A program made the position numbers and the translations under genes. From IMG/VR virus record IMGVR_UViG_3300047509_000103, positions 1 to 64,000 of that record: 64,000 bases of DNA; one strand, 5' to 3'. This stretch comes from a virus. Under the pieces are notes generated by a model. The model was not told the origin of the DNA. It saw nothing but the letters and a program-made list of their open reading frames with translations, and ran no database searches. This document shows, in pieces, positions 9,242 through 17,908 of the stretch (positions are counted from its first letter, which is position 1; the number at the start of each line of letters is the position of its first letter).

Positions 9242-9867
9242 TTGTGGTTGGCCTCGAATTGGTGAATGGTCAGCGCGGACAGGAACACGCGCGCGTCGTT
9301 TGGATCCTTGAATGGCACCAGTTGCCAGCGGTCAGGCGTCAGGTGCAGGGCATAGCGATTGATCCGACCGGCGCCAGGCCCGCAGACCGCACTTGCTACC
9401 GCCTCGGGACACGATTCGCGCAGCGCGATTTCGTAGCCCGCCGTTTGTGGCCGTGCGGTACGCGGCACTGCGGCGCAGCGCTTGGTGTCGATGAGCGCCG
9501 CCTCGGCGTTGAGTCGGCCAAAGTTGTCGAGCTTGCCGGCGTAGCCATAGCGTTTCGAGTACACAAGCTGCTCGCAGAGAATCGGCTCGTAGCCAGATGT
9601 CGCGAGGAACTCGCGCCACTGCGCTAGGTACGGTCGCAGCACATCGTCGAGTGCGTCTTCGTCCAGCACATGAGCGGTATCGAGCTCGATCAGCCGGTGC
9701 ACCGCTGTGCCAAGCAGCGCCGCGCGCTCCATTACGTCGCGATCGACACAGGCGTACTCGCGATCTGAAAGCGGCTTGAGCACTTTCGTCACGCTCGGGA
9801 CATCGGTGCCGTCGAGTAGATAGCGGTGGCCATCCTCGATGAATTGGAGTTGCGGCGCCGCGTTCAT
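9238..9867 (-). CDS. PD-(D/E)XK phage exonuclease
   Basis: HRY...PSVT, GTAVH, E..VYS..YGYAGKLD...LIDTK, Q..GY motifs. Confidence 0.85.
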   Translation of the reverse strand: MNAAPQLQFIEDGHRYLLDGTDVPSVTKVLKPLSDREYACVDRDVMERAALLGTAVHRLIELDTAHVLDEDALDDVLRPYLAQWREFLATSGYEPILCEQLVYSKRYGYAGKLDNFGRLNAEAALIDTKRCAAVPRTARPQTAGYEIALRESCPEAVASAVCGPGAGRINRYALHLTPDRWQLVPFKDPNDARVFLSALTIHQFEANHK

Positions 9868-10769
9868 GCCGCGTTTGCCTTGTTGTTAGCCATCTCGCGC
9901 AGTTCGGCCAGCACCGCATTGAGATTGCTCAAGTCGATGCGGTGGTACTTCGCGATAAGCGCCTTCTCGTCGAGCCCGACGCTCTGCGCGCGCGCCTTGA
10001 GGATCGCCGCCTGAGAATCGCTCAGGTTGTGCAGACCTTCGGGCAACGTCTTGACATCGACCGCCGGCTTGTCCGCTTCCGGCTTTGCCTTCGCTTTCGG
10101 GTCGCTGAACGTCGCATCTTCGGCGGGCGCCGCGGTCGGTGTTGCTGCCGGCGTCGGTGTCGCAGCAGCTTTCGCCGTCGGCATCTGCACGACTGTTGCT
10201 GTGGCTGTTGCCGGCTCGTCGTCGAACTCGTCTGGCGTGTAGATGCCGAGCAGAGCTTCTGGAGCGTAACGGCGCGCCCATTGGCGCGTGCCGCGGTAGA
10301 CAAGCATGTCCTCGGGAATCTTGTCCCAGGCGTTGTCGACGCGGTTACCTGCCTTGTCCTTCCCGTATGTACGCCACTCTTTGACGGCGCCGGTAACCGT
10401 CTGCGGCTCGCCGTTGCCGCCCCGCGGTACACCAGTGACCTTGATCGAGGCGCCGGCCCCGCTACCAGTGATCTCGTAGTGCAAGCGCCCGTCGATCGCG
10501 CCCATGCTGTAGAGCACTGCGGCGACGAGCTTGCCTTCGTAGCAAAGGCGCTTGTGCACCACGCTCGTGCACTGCGCGACGCTGAGCGCATCCATACCCC
10601 AACGCTGCGCCTGCATCACCACGAGCAGGCAATCGCCTGGCTTGTTTTGCAGGTGCTCCGGTATCAAGCTCGATTTCGCCAGCGTCTCGGCCAGCTGCAC
10701 CGCTTCGGGCACAGAGCGCGGCACGAGTGCCTGCATCGACGTCGTTTGTTGCGTAGCTAGTTCACCCAT
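9864..10769 (-). CDS. RecT-like single-strand annealing recombinase
   Basis: LIPEHLQNKPGDCL.VVMQAQRWGMD, W...PEDML.YRG.RQWARRYAPEALLGIYTPDE. Confidence 0.88.
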   Translation of the reverse strand: MGELATQQTTSMQALVPRSVPEAVQLAETLAKSSLIPEHLQNKPGDCLLVVMQAQRWGMDALSVAQCTSVVHKRLCYEGKLVAAVLYSMGAIDGRLHYEITGSGAGASIKVTGVPRGGNGEPQTVTGAVKEWRTYGKDKAGNRVDNAWDKIPEDMLVYRGTRQWARRYAPEALLGIYTPDEFDDEPATATATVVQMPTAKAAATPTPAATPTAAPAEDATFSDPKAKAKPEADKPAVDVKTLPEGLHNLSDSQAAILKARAQSVGLDEKALIAKYHRIDLSNLNAVLAELREMANNKANAA

Positions 10770-10787
10770 CTCGTTCTCCCGTTGAAT

Positions 10788-10946
10788 TCAAAATCCCAAA
10801 TTGCCGATTACTGACTGGCGCGCGCGACGGAGCGCACGAGGCGAACCCGCGCGTTGGCGTTGCGGCCGTGGATGTACACAGTGCCGTAGTCGAAATTGAC
10901 GATGAAGGCGCAGTAGGAGACGGAAGGGACCGGCGTGGATGTCCAG
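10788..10946 (-). repeat. DGR-type variable repeat copy 2 plus shared GC-rich/IMH-like 3' end
   Basis: Colinear with 7571-7729. Confidence 0.9.
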
Positions 10947-11233
10947 TAGTACGAAGGCTTGAAGTTCAACTCTGGATCCGCTGCTGGGTTGTAGCGAGTG
11001 CGGTCAACCACGGAGTTGTTCATCTCGTCGACAGTGGCGAAACGCCAGTCGTCGTGACCGAACAGGCGACACGCGTCGCGAATCTTTTCCGCTTCGGCAT
11101 ACGACACGCTTTTGTCTATCGCGTCGTTCGCGGCCCACATCAAACCGTTCTTGGTGTCGAGGAAAGCGGCCAACACGGGCGGCACTGGTGGCGCCATCTC
11201 GCGGCCATCACTTCCGATCTTCGTCATGTTCAT
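10808..11233 (-). CDS. DUF1566 (Lcl C-terminal/CLec-fold) protein, putative DGR target 2
   Basis: DTKNGLMW, GHDDWRFATVDEM, YWTST, RVRLVR motifs. Confidence 0.88.
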   Translation of the reverse strand: MNMTKIGSDGREMAPPVPPVLAAFLDTKNGLMWAANDAIDKSVSYAEAEKIRDACRLFGHDDWRFATVDEMNNSVVDRTRYNPAADPELNFKPSYYWTSTPVPSVSYCAFIVNFDYGTVYIHGRNANARVRLVRSVARASQ

Positions 11234-11351
11234 AGAATTTCCCTTGGTTGGAATTCGTGCCGCGTCGCCGATCCGGCGCGGCCTCGGTTTGGCTTGGCCA
11301 TGCTCCTGGGGAGAGAAGGCATGGCCATCACGTCGGCGTCGTGGTGGGTTC

Positions 11352-11612
11352 TCACGGCTGAGCCTCTCTGCTGAGAAACTCGGAATCCATGATCGATTCC
11401 GGCCGCGGATCGGTGTAACGGTGTTGCCGGCAATACTCTTGCGGCAGCAAAATCTTCGGCTGCGCTTTCGGGAATTGCTTCACGCAACTAGGACAACCCA
11501 CGCCGTACTTCGCCCGCAGATACTTGCGGCGCTCACGCATGGCCTGGAATATCTCCACGCATTCGCTAACGCCCGTGTCGGGCTCGCGTTTGTGTTGTCC
11601 ATTGCGGCTCAT
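11352..11612 (-). CDS. Hypothetical Cys/His-containing protein
   Basis: CPSC...C..H; ATGA-type overlap. Confidence 0.65.
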   Translation of the reverse strand: MSRNGQHKREPDTGVSECVEIFQAMRERRKYLRAKYGVGCPSCVKQFPKAQPKILLPQEYCRQHRYTDPRPESIMDSEFLSREAQP

Positions 11613-11791
11613 GCAACTTTGTCCAGTTGCTTTACGCTGCGCATCTGATCCCACTCGATCGCGCGGCGTTTCAGCAGTGACTCAATTTTTGCCTTGTCCT
11701 CGATCGACAACGGCACATCGTTGAATCCAAGCACAGCGGCTTGCTCGATGATGTTCATCGCATGCCACACCTTCGTGTCGTCGAATTTCAT
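11609..11791 (-). CDS. Hypothetical protein
   Basis: GGAGG RBS before MKFDDTK. Confidence 0.65.
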   Translation of the reverse strand: MKFDDTKVWHAMNIIEQAAVLGFNDVPLSIEDKAKIESLLKRRAIEWDQMRSVKQLDKVA

Positions 11792-11844
11792 GCGGCCTCC
11801 AATTTCTGTTCGAAGTAGGAAACGTGACCGTCGAAATCGCGCCG

Positions 11845-12072
11845 TTACTCGCGGACGCAAATTCCAGTCTGTGCGTTGATGATTGAAGCGGTGCCGGGAA
11901 TGCCGCCGTAGCGCATGCGCGTTTCTGCTACGGCGCAAGATTCATCGAACGACCAGGTGTCGTCGGTTCCTTGAATCTCGCCGCCCACCTGGTTGCGCGA
12001 CCATTGCACGCGATGTGTTGCTGCGCGGTGCGGAGCAGCGTGGCCAGAGAAAGTACGCGGCGAATGGTTCAC
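11845..12072 (-). CDS. Hypothetical protein
   Basis: 4-bp overlap with upstream gene. Confidence 0.5.
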   Translation of the reverse strand: MNHSPRTFSGHAAPHRAATHRVQWSRNQVGGEIQGTDDTWSFDESCAVAETRMRYGGIPGTASIINAQTGICVRE

Positions 12073-12230
12073 GGCGCCACCTTGGCCTGTTCGGCGTAGC
12101 GGCCTTGCCGAATGTCAGGGTCGCGGTTCGGGTCAGCGAGCAATTGTTCGCGTTCGATTGCAATTGCCGTGTTTGCCTTCGCGTATTCGCGCGTAGCTTC
12201 CCAAAAGGCTTTTTCCTGTTGTGCGTTCAC
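12069..12230 (-). CDS. Hypothetical protein
   Basis: GTG start overlapping upstream stop. Confidence 0.5.
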   Translation of the reverse strand: MNAQQEKAFWEATREYAKANTAIAIEREQLLADPNRDPDIRQGRYAEQAKVAP

Positions 12231-12472
12231 GGCGACACCGCCAGTGCGGCGCGGGACACGATGCATGCATCAAGCGTCGCTGCATTCATGTCGATCACAT
12301 CACCGACGCGCTCGACGATCCTGCTGCGCGGAATCCACGCCCAACCTGAGCTGCCTTCGTAGCGAAAGACTGACCGCCCCGGATATCCCCACTTCGCGCC
12401 GTCGTCACAAACGGCTGTGACCGTCACGAGGTCAGCCGCGCGCTGCGTCTGTACGTTCATGGTGGTCTGCAT
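12227..12472 (-). CDS. First gene of the leftward (pL) operon, hypothetical
   Basis: GGGAG RBS just downstream of pL. Confidence 0.65.
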   Translation of the reverse strand: MQTTMNVQTQRAADLVTVTAVCDDGAKWGYPGRSVFRYEGSSGWAWIPRSRIVERVGDVIDMNAATLDACIVSRAALAVSP

Positions 12473-12514
12473 GGTGGCTCCCCGTTCGATAGCCGCATGG
12501 GCGGCGTGTGGGGA

Positions 12515-12556
12515 ACATTACCAAACAGTAATCACGCTGTCAACACCTTTTGGTAA
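12515..12556 (-). promoter_or_regulatory. pL promoter with two operators
   Basis: Minus strand TTGACA (12543-12538), 17 bp, TAATGT (12520-12515); operators TTACCAAACAGTAA (12518-12531) and ACACCTTTTGGTAA (12543-12556). Confidence 0.85.
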
Positions 12557-12595
12557 TTTTCTTACTACGCTGATGCCATCCGATTTGCGGGCATG

Positions 12596-12619
12596 AAAAA
12601 GCCGCCTGGTGGGCGGCTT
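12596..12619 (-). terminator. Rho-independent terminator of the repressor operon
   Basis: AAGCCGCC-CACCA-GGCGGC followed by a U-run on the minus strand. Confidence 0.8.
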
Positions 12620-12646
12620 GGAAGGTATGCTGCGATGCGCGCGCTG

Positions 12647-13033
12647 CTAGCAGTTGTTGCCGTTCCACTTCCAGTCATAGATGACCCCGTTCGGGGACGT
12701 TGTGAACTCGGTGTTGCATACAAAATTCACGGTGTAGCCACCGTCTGAGTTGTACCCGCCAGCTCCGTCAGGGTATAGCTCGACTGGATCAGTGTATGAA
12801 GAAGTCCATGACCATCGGTAGATCACGTCGCCGTCAGGCATTCGATAATCACTCTGCGGCGCTCCCAATTTTCTAATGAGATCGTTGATATCTGCGCCGA
12901 TCCAGGATTGGCATATTTTCGACCATCGCGCGCCTTTGTCCCCTGTTTCCGCAGACGCGCCACAGAATGCCGTGACGCCGAATATCACGACAAGAAGGAG
13001 CGTCGCTAATTTTGCTTTCAGCGGTAAATTCAT
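12647..13033 (-). CDS. Exported protein co-oriented with the repressor (lysogenic conversion/exclusion candidate)
   Basis: Signal peptide; WIGADINDLIRKLGAP motif; rexAB-like position. Confidence 0.75.
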   Translation of the reverse strand: MNLPLKAKLATLLLVVIFGVTAFCGASAETGDKGARWSKICQSWIGADINDLIRKLGAPQSDYRMPDGDVIYRWSWTSSYTDPVELYPDGAGGYNSDGGYTVNFVCNTEFTTSPNGVIYDWKWNGNNC

Positions 13034-13149
13034 GGCGAATTTCTCCTAGTCAACGCAGGGTGATCCGGCTCTGGCCAACACTGTCGCCAATCTCAAGCCG
13101 TGCGATGCAGCTATGTTTTGATGTTCCACTACGGGGATGGAGGTAGCCT

Positions 13150-13677
13150 TCATGACTTTCGACGTACACGATCCGGAATTCGTGGTCTGGGTTGACGCTC
13201 AGAATCTTGCAGCAAAGCGCGAGCGACGGCGTTTGCCGCGATTCGCGGACCTTCGTCTGCAGTACCAAGCACTTGGCCTAGCAGGCCAGATTCAGGGTCA
13301 AAATTCGCTTTCTTCGCTTGTTGCCGCAACACAGCCGCAAACCCGACGGCTGCGCCTGGTGCATTCGCGGTAAGAACGATCATCAGGCTTCGTGCCAAAA
13401 ATTGCAGTGCGCGCACGTCGTTTGTCGCCTGGACTTCCAGTGCAGTGGTGAGCAGGTATCCCCGCGGCATGCCTGCCTGAATCTCGATATTCCGCGCCTT
13501 TTTCTCGCCGAAGGATTTGCGAGCAAGAAGACCGGAGAACTCGCCCTGATTGATTTTGTGCCCCCTACGCGCAGCATCCGCAAGGAAATCTGCCTGCGAG
13601 CCGGAAAAATTCTCATCTAACCAACGACGCAGTAAGACGCGTCTCTTGTTGGCTACATCTTTGTCTTCTTCGTTCAT
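13150..13677 (-). CDS. Phage repressor (CI-like HTH)
   Basis: SQADF..INQGEFSGLL..KSFGEKKARNIE..AGMPRGYL; divergent from Cro across the operators. Confidence 0.85.
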   Translation of the reverse strand: MNEEDKDVANKRRVLLRRWLDENFSGSQADFLADAARRGHKINQGEFSGLLARKSFGEKKARNIEIQAGMPRGYLLTTALEVQATNDVRALQFLARSLMIVLTANAPGAAVGFAAVLRQQAKKANFDPESGLLGQVLGTADEGPRIAANAVARALLQDSERQPRPRIPDRVRRKS

Positions 13678-13692
13678 GGGCGCGATTTTCCG

Positions 13693-13748
13693 TTACCGTT
13701 TGGTATATCTCCAAACGGTATTGACAAATAATTACCAATCGGTAATAT
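13693..13748 (+). promoter_or_regulatory. pR promoter with three operators
   Basis: TTGACA 13721-13726, TAATAT 13743-13748; operators TTACCGTTTGGTAT (13693), TCTCCAAACGGTAT (13708), TTACCAATCGGTAA (13732). Confidence 0.85.
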
Positions 13749-13756
13749 GTGCGGAC

Positions 13757-14017
13757 ATGGAAGACCTCCGCTCATATCTCAACTCCCTCGATAAAGACCA
13801 ACAACTCGCCTACGCGAATCGTTGCGGCACGTCGGTCGGCTACCTACGCAAAGCGTTGTCTATAGGCCAGCGGTTCAAGTTCGATTTGGCGCAAGCGTTG
13901 TCACGCGAAAGCTCCGACAAAGTGACGATGCGCGGCCTTGGCTACGACATTCCCGGCTCCGTGCCTACCAGCAAGCCCACCGCCAAACGCACGCCCAAAC
14001 CGATCTTGACCGGATAG
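13757..14017 (+). CDS. Cro-like (YdaS-type) transcriptional regulator
   Basis: LRSYLNSL..QQLAYANRCGTSVGYLRK...LAQALSRES..KVT. Confidence 0.88.
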   Translation: MEDLRSYLNSLDKDQQLAYANRCGTSVGYLRKALSIGQRFKFDLAQALSRESSDKVTMRGLGYDIPGSVPTSKPTAKRTPKPILTG

Positions 14018-14077
14018 GACACAGCGTAACGCGCAACAAAAGCTCAGCAACGCTTGAATTGGTAAACGGGGAGCAGC

Positions 14078-14566
14078 ATGGAAAAACCAGCAATGTGGCT
14101 CGACGCGACCTGGATGCAGCGCGGGTTGAGCGCACTACGCAACACCTTGGACGCTGACTCCAAGGATCAGATGATTCAGTTCCTGTTCGACACGGGGCTG
14201 TGGGATCCGGAAATTCTGACTGGCGACGCGGCAATCGCTCGATTCAACTCCGGACTCAACCCCGCAAAAGTCACGGTGAACTTCAAGCTCTGCGAGATCT
14301 GGGCGCTGATGCGCCACTTCGATCGGCACGAACTGTTTCACGTGATGGCGGACGACCTGGGCTACGAGATACGCAAGAAATCCAGCAACGAACGCGTTAT
14401 CGAATCCAATGAGCGACTCGCTCGCGCGATCGAGAATTCCAACCGCCTGCTAGCTGAGGCCGCTGGCGATAAAGCCCGGCTCACCGCACCGCAAACCGTT
14501 TCCCGAATCCACCCTGCCATCCAAGACGGACGCGGTTCGTTTTCGATGGAAGGGAAGGGGTTCTGA
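14078..14566 (+). CDS. Hypothetical protein in CII position
   Basis: GGGAG RBS; follows Cro. Confidence 0.7.
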   Translation: MEKPAMWLDATWMQRGLSALRNTLDADSKDQMIQFLFDTGLWDPEILTGDAAIARFNSGLNPAKVTVNFKLCEIWALMRHFDRHELFHVMADDLGYEIRKKSSNERVIESNERLARAIENSNRLLAEAAGDKARLTAPQTVSRIHPAIQDGRGSFSMEGKGF

Positions 14567-16380
14567 TGAATCAGAACCGATTCACGTTTCAACACGAGTT
14601 GATCGTCGACCTATTCGCCGGCGGTGGCGGCGCCTCGCTCGGCATCGAGCAAGCCTTCGGGCGGCCGGTCGACATCTGCGTAAACCACGACGCCGACGCG
14701 GTCGCGATGCACGCTGCGAATCACCCTGGCACCGAGCACCTGCGCTGCGATGTGTTCGAGGTTGATCCGATCAAAGCCACCGGCGGCCGCCAGATCGGCC
14801 TGCTCTGGGCATCGCCGGATTGCAAACACTTCAGCAAGGCCAAAGGCGGCAAGCCGCGCTCGAAGAAAATCCGCTCACTGGCATGGGTCGTAGTGAAGTG
14901 GGCCGACGTGGTTCGCCCGCGCATGATCATGCTGGAGAACGTGGAAGAGTTCGTCACGTGGGGCCCGCTGGGCAAGAACGGCCAGCCCTGCCCGAATCGC
15001 AAGGGTGCCACATTCAACCGCTGGGTCGCGAAGCTGCGCAAGCTGGGCTACAAGGTCGAATGGAATAACCTGCGCGCCTGCGACTACGGTGCGCCGACGA
15101 TCAGGAACCGATTCTTCCTGATCGCCCGCTGCGATGGTCTGCCGATCACCTGGCCAACGCCGACGCACCGCAAGCCGGATAGCGTCGCGGTCAAATCCGG
15201 GAAGCTGCTGCCGTGGCGCACGGCTGCTGAGTGCATCGACTTCACGCTGCCGACCCCGTCGATATTCCTGAGCAAAGACGAGGCCCGCGCGCTGGGCGTC
15301 AAGCGCCCGCTGGCGGAAGCCACCATGAAGCGCATCGCCAAGGGCATCGACAGGTTCGTGCTCAACGCGGCGAAACCATTCATCGTTCCGATTCAGAACT
15401 ACGGATGGGGCGATCGGTGCGCTAGCGTCGACGACCCAATGCGCACAGTCACCGCCGGGCCGAAGGGCGGCGCGTTCGCGCTGGCCGCGCCGACGCTGAT
15501 CCAAACCGGATACGGCGAGCGTGAAGGGCAAGCGCCTCGCGCGCCGGGGCTCGATGTTCCGCTCGGTACCGTGGTCGCTGGCGGCTGCAAACACGCGCTG
15601 GTGGCGGCAGCGATTGATCGACAGTTCGGCAAGTCGATGGGCAACGCGGCCGATGCGCCACTTGGCGCTACGACAGCCGGCGGACAAGGCAAGAGCGCAC
15701 TGGTCTCTGCCTTCCTTACGAAGTACAGGCCTGACAGCGCCGGCGCCGATGCGCAAGCGCCATTCCCCACGATCACCGCGAATGGCGAAAGCGATCGGCC
15801 CGGCGGAAATCCACCGCTGGCAGTCATCGCCGTGCACCTGGATCAAGCAAACGCCGGTTTCTACGACGGCGCTGGTCGCACGGTTGACGCGCCTGCAGCC
15901 ACTGTCTGCGCGCAAGGGAGCATGCAGCGGCTGGTCAGTTCCACGCTGGTCAAGCTCCGCGGCACCAGCAACACGGCCGATATCGAAACACCGCTGCACA
16001 CCGTCAGCGCGCAAGGCTTCCACCACGCCGAGGTGCGCGCATTCCTGATCAAGTTCTACAGCGAGGGCGGACAGCACGCGGCTTGCGGCGACCCGATGCA
16101 CACCGTCCCGACGCGCGACCGCATGGGGCTCGTCACGGTGGATGGATCTGACTACGCGATCGCCGACATTGGCCTGCGGATGCTGACACCGCGCGAACTG
16201 TTCCGCGCCCAGGGATTCCCGGAGAGCTACATCATCGATCGCGGTGTCGGCGGACGAAAGCTGCCGAAGGACGCGCAGGTGCGCATGTGCGGCAACAGCG
16301 TCTGCCCGCCACTGGCGCGCGCGCTGGTCGCGGCGAACGTGGGCGAGGTCGAACGGGCCTGGACGGAGCAAGCCGCATGA
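14566..16380 (+). CDS. C5 DNA cytosine methyltransferase
   Basis: DLFAGGGG, SPDCKHFS, ENVEEF, R.RFF, RMLTPRELFRAQGFP, GNSVCP. Confidence 0.95.
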   Translation: MNQNRFTFQHELIVDLFAGGGGASLGIEQAFGRPVDICVNHDADAVAMHAANHPGTEHLRCDVFEVDPIKATGGRQIGLLWASPDCKHFSKAKGGKPRSKKIRSLAWVVVKWADVVRPRMIMLENVEEFVTWGPLGKNGQPCPNRKGATFNRWVAKLRKLGYKVEWNNLRACDYGAPTIRNRFFLIARCDGLPITWPTPTHRKPDSVAVKSGKLLPWRTAAECIDFTLPTPSIFLSKDEARALGVKRPLAEATMKRIAKGIDRFVLNAAKPFIVPIQNYGWGDRCASVDDPMRTVTAGPKGGAFALAAPTLIQTGYGEREGQAPRAPGLDVPLGTVVAGGCKHALVAAAIDRQFGKSMGNAADAPLGATTAGGQGKSALVSAFLTKYRPDSAGADAQAPFPTITANGESDRPGGNPPLAVIAVHLDQANAGFYDGAGRTVDAPAATVCAQGSMQRLVSSTLVKLRGTSNTADIETPLHTVSAQGFHHAEVRAFLIKFYSEGGQHAACGDPMHTVPTRDRMGLVTVDGSDYAIADIGLRMLTPRELFRAQGFPESYIIDRGVGGRKLPKDAQVRMCGNSVCPPLARALVAANVGEVERAWTEQAA

Positions 16381-16697
16381 CGGTGTACGTCGACAACATG
16401 CGCGCCAATTTCGGTAGGCTCGTGATGTGTCACATGATCGCTGACACCGAGGCCGAGCTTCACGCGATGGCCGATACGATCGGCGTAGCGCGCAAATGGT
16501 TCCAGAAGAAGGCGAGTGGCGATCACTACGACATAGCGCTGAGCAAACGCGCGTTGGCGGTGAAAGCTGGTGCTGTCGAGATAACACTCAGGCAATGCGC
16601 GGCGATGTGCTACCGCCGCCGCAACATGGGAATTCTTGGCGCGCCGGCCGAAGCCATCGAATGGATGCAGCAGCGCAGACCGGACGTAGCCGCATGA
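16377..16697 (+). CDS. DUF4031 domain protein
   Basis: MTVYVD..MCHMIADT..ELHAMA..IG..RKWFQ..HYDI..KRALAV..GA. Confidence 0.9.
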   Translation: MTVYVDNMRANFGRLVMCHMIADTEAELHAMADTIGVARKWFQKKASGDHYDIALSKRALAVKAGAVEITLRQCAAMCYRRRNMGILGAPAEAIEWMQQRRPDVAA

Positions 16698-17182
16698 GCA
16701 CGTTCGTAATCCATAAGGCCGGAGATAGCACGCGCGAAGGCGTAATGGCCAACGCTTTGCTCGCAGTTAGCGCTGTCGACCCGAAGGACGCATGGCGAAT
16801 CGACATCAAACGCTATCGCAAGCGGCGCTCGAATGACGCCAATGAATACCTGTGGTCAGGCGTCTATCCGCCGATGGTTCGCGAACTCGGATTCACCGCC
16901 GAAGAATGGCACGAGGAAATGCTGATCCGGTATTTCGGCAAGGTCGAGCACACGACGCCCGGCGGCCGGATCAATGTAACTCCGATCCGCACCACGACGA
17001 CGAACGAGAACGGCGACCGCGATGTTTTGCCTGGGAAGGACTTCTGGGATTTTGTGGAGTTCATTCGCAGACAGGCTTCGCTGGCTGGCGTCTATATCGA
17101 AGAGCCGGATCCGTTTTGGAAGGAGCGTCGCGAAAAGCTGTTGAAGGAAAAGCGCAGCGACGAATCGAGGGCGCAAGCATGA
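16694..17182 (+). CDS. NinB-like protein
   Basis: KRRSNDANEYLWS...EEWHE...TTT...FWDFVEFI. Confidence 0.75.
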   Translation: MSTFVIHKAGDSTREGVMANALLAVSAVDPKDAWRIDIKRYRKRRSNDANEYLWSGVYPPMVRELGFTAEEWHEEMLIRYFGKVEHTTPGGRINVTPIRTTTTNENGDRDVLPGKDFWDFVEFIRRQASLAGVYIEEPDPFWKERREKLLKEKRSDESRAQA

Positions 17183-17352
17183 GCTGGCGCAACCTAAAAA
17201 AGCGGCAGATCGCTGCACTTGAAACCGCGGAGTATTACCGCCTTCGGATGCTGGCTGAGAAGAAGCCGCAACAGGACTATTCAGCACGCATCGCGGCTCA
17301 GCGCAGCAAAGCCAAAGCAATGATGAAAGACGCGCTGGGTCTGCTGAAATGA
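17179..17352 (+). CDS. Small basic hypothetical protein
   Basis: ATGA overlaps on both sides. Confidence 0.55.
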   Translation: MSWRNLKKRQIAALETAEYYRLRMLAEKKPQQDYSARIAAQRSKAKAMMKDALGLLK

Positions 17353-17726
17353 GCCTCGACAAAACCCCACAGCTACGCGACGAGAAGTATCTCGCATGGG
17401 TGCGCACGCAACCTTCGTGCATCAGCGGCCAGCTCGGCTGCGTCGCACACCACGTCATCAGCAAGCGGTTCAGCTCGCAGAAGACGTCCGACTACATGGC
17501 TATCCCACTGACCGACGCAGAGCACAAGAAGCTGCACGAATCGTGGCCTGAATGGGAAAAGGTGCACGGCGAGCAGCGCATGCACTCACTGGCCACGCTG
17601 CTCAATGCCATCGCCGCAGGCTTCCCATTCCCGACGTCGACTGCAGCGCATGCGAAACCGCGCAAGCACGCTGCGGTTGGCACAGGCCTTACGTCTAGCA
17701 AAATTGTTGCGAGGCCATACGCGTGA
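17349..17726 (+). CDS. DUF968-like HNH-related nin-region protein
   Basis: KYLAWVRTQPSCISG..AHH...SDYMAIPL..EH..LH. Confidence 0.8.
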   Translation: MSLDKTPQLRDEKYLAWVRTQPSCISGQLGCVAHHVISKRFSSQKTSDYMAIPLTDAEHKKLHESWPEWEKVHGEQRMHSLATLLNAIAAGFPFPTSTAAHAKPRKHAAVGTGLTSSKIVARPYA

Positions 17727-17908
17727 ACTGCCCGGCACGCCAGCGGTGGAAGAAAGCCTACCGCGCTTTTCGAGTGTGGCGCCGTGAGACGAACAAGGCG
17801 TACGCCGATGAATTGATAAACGGCCGCGGTTTATTGGAACTGCCAACCGATCCAGACCAAGACGTCCGCCACATTCCGTGGGCCGAGGTGATTGGAGCGG
17901 TGGCATGA
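17723..17908 (+). CDS. Hypothetical protein
   Basis: Overlapping operon gene. Confidence 0.5.
   Translation: MNCPARQRWKKAYRAFRVWRRETNKAYADELINGRGLLELPTDPDQDVRHIPWAEVIGAVA

Noticed and set aside
14875-16587. 570-aa antisense ORF
   Set aside because: Shadow of the GC-rich methyltransferase gene
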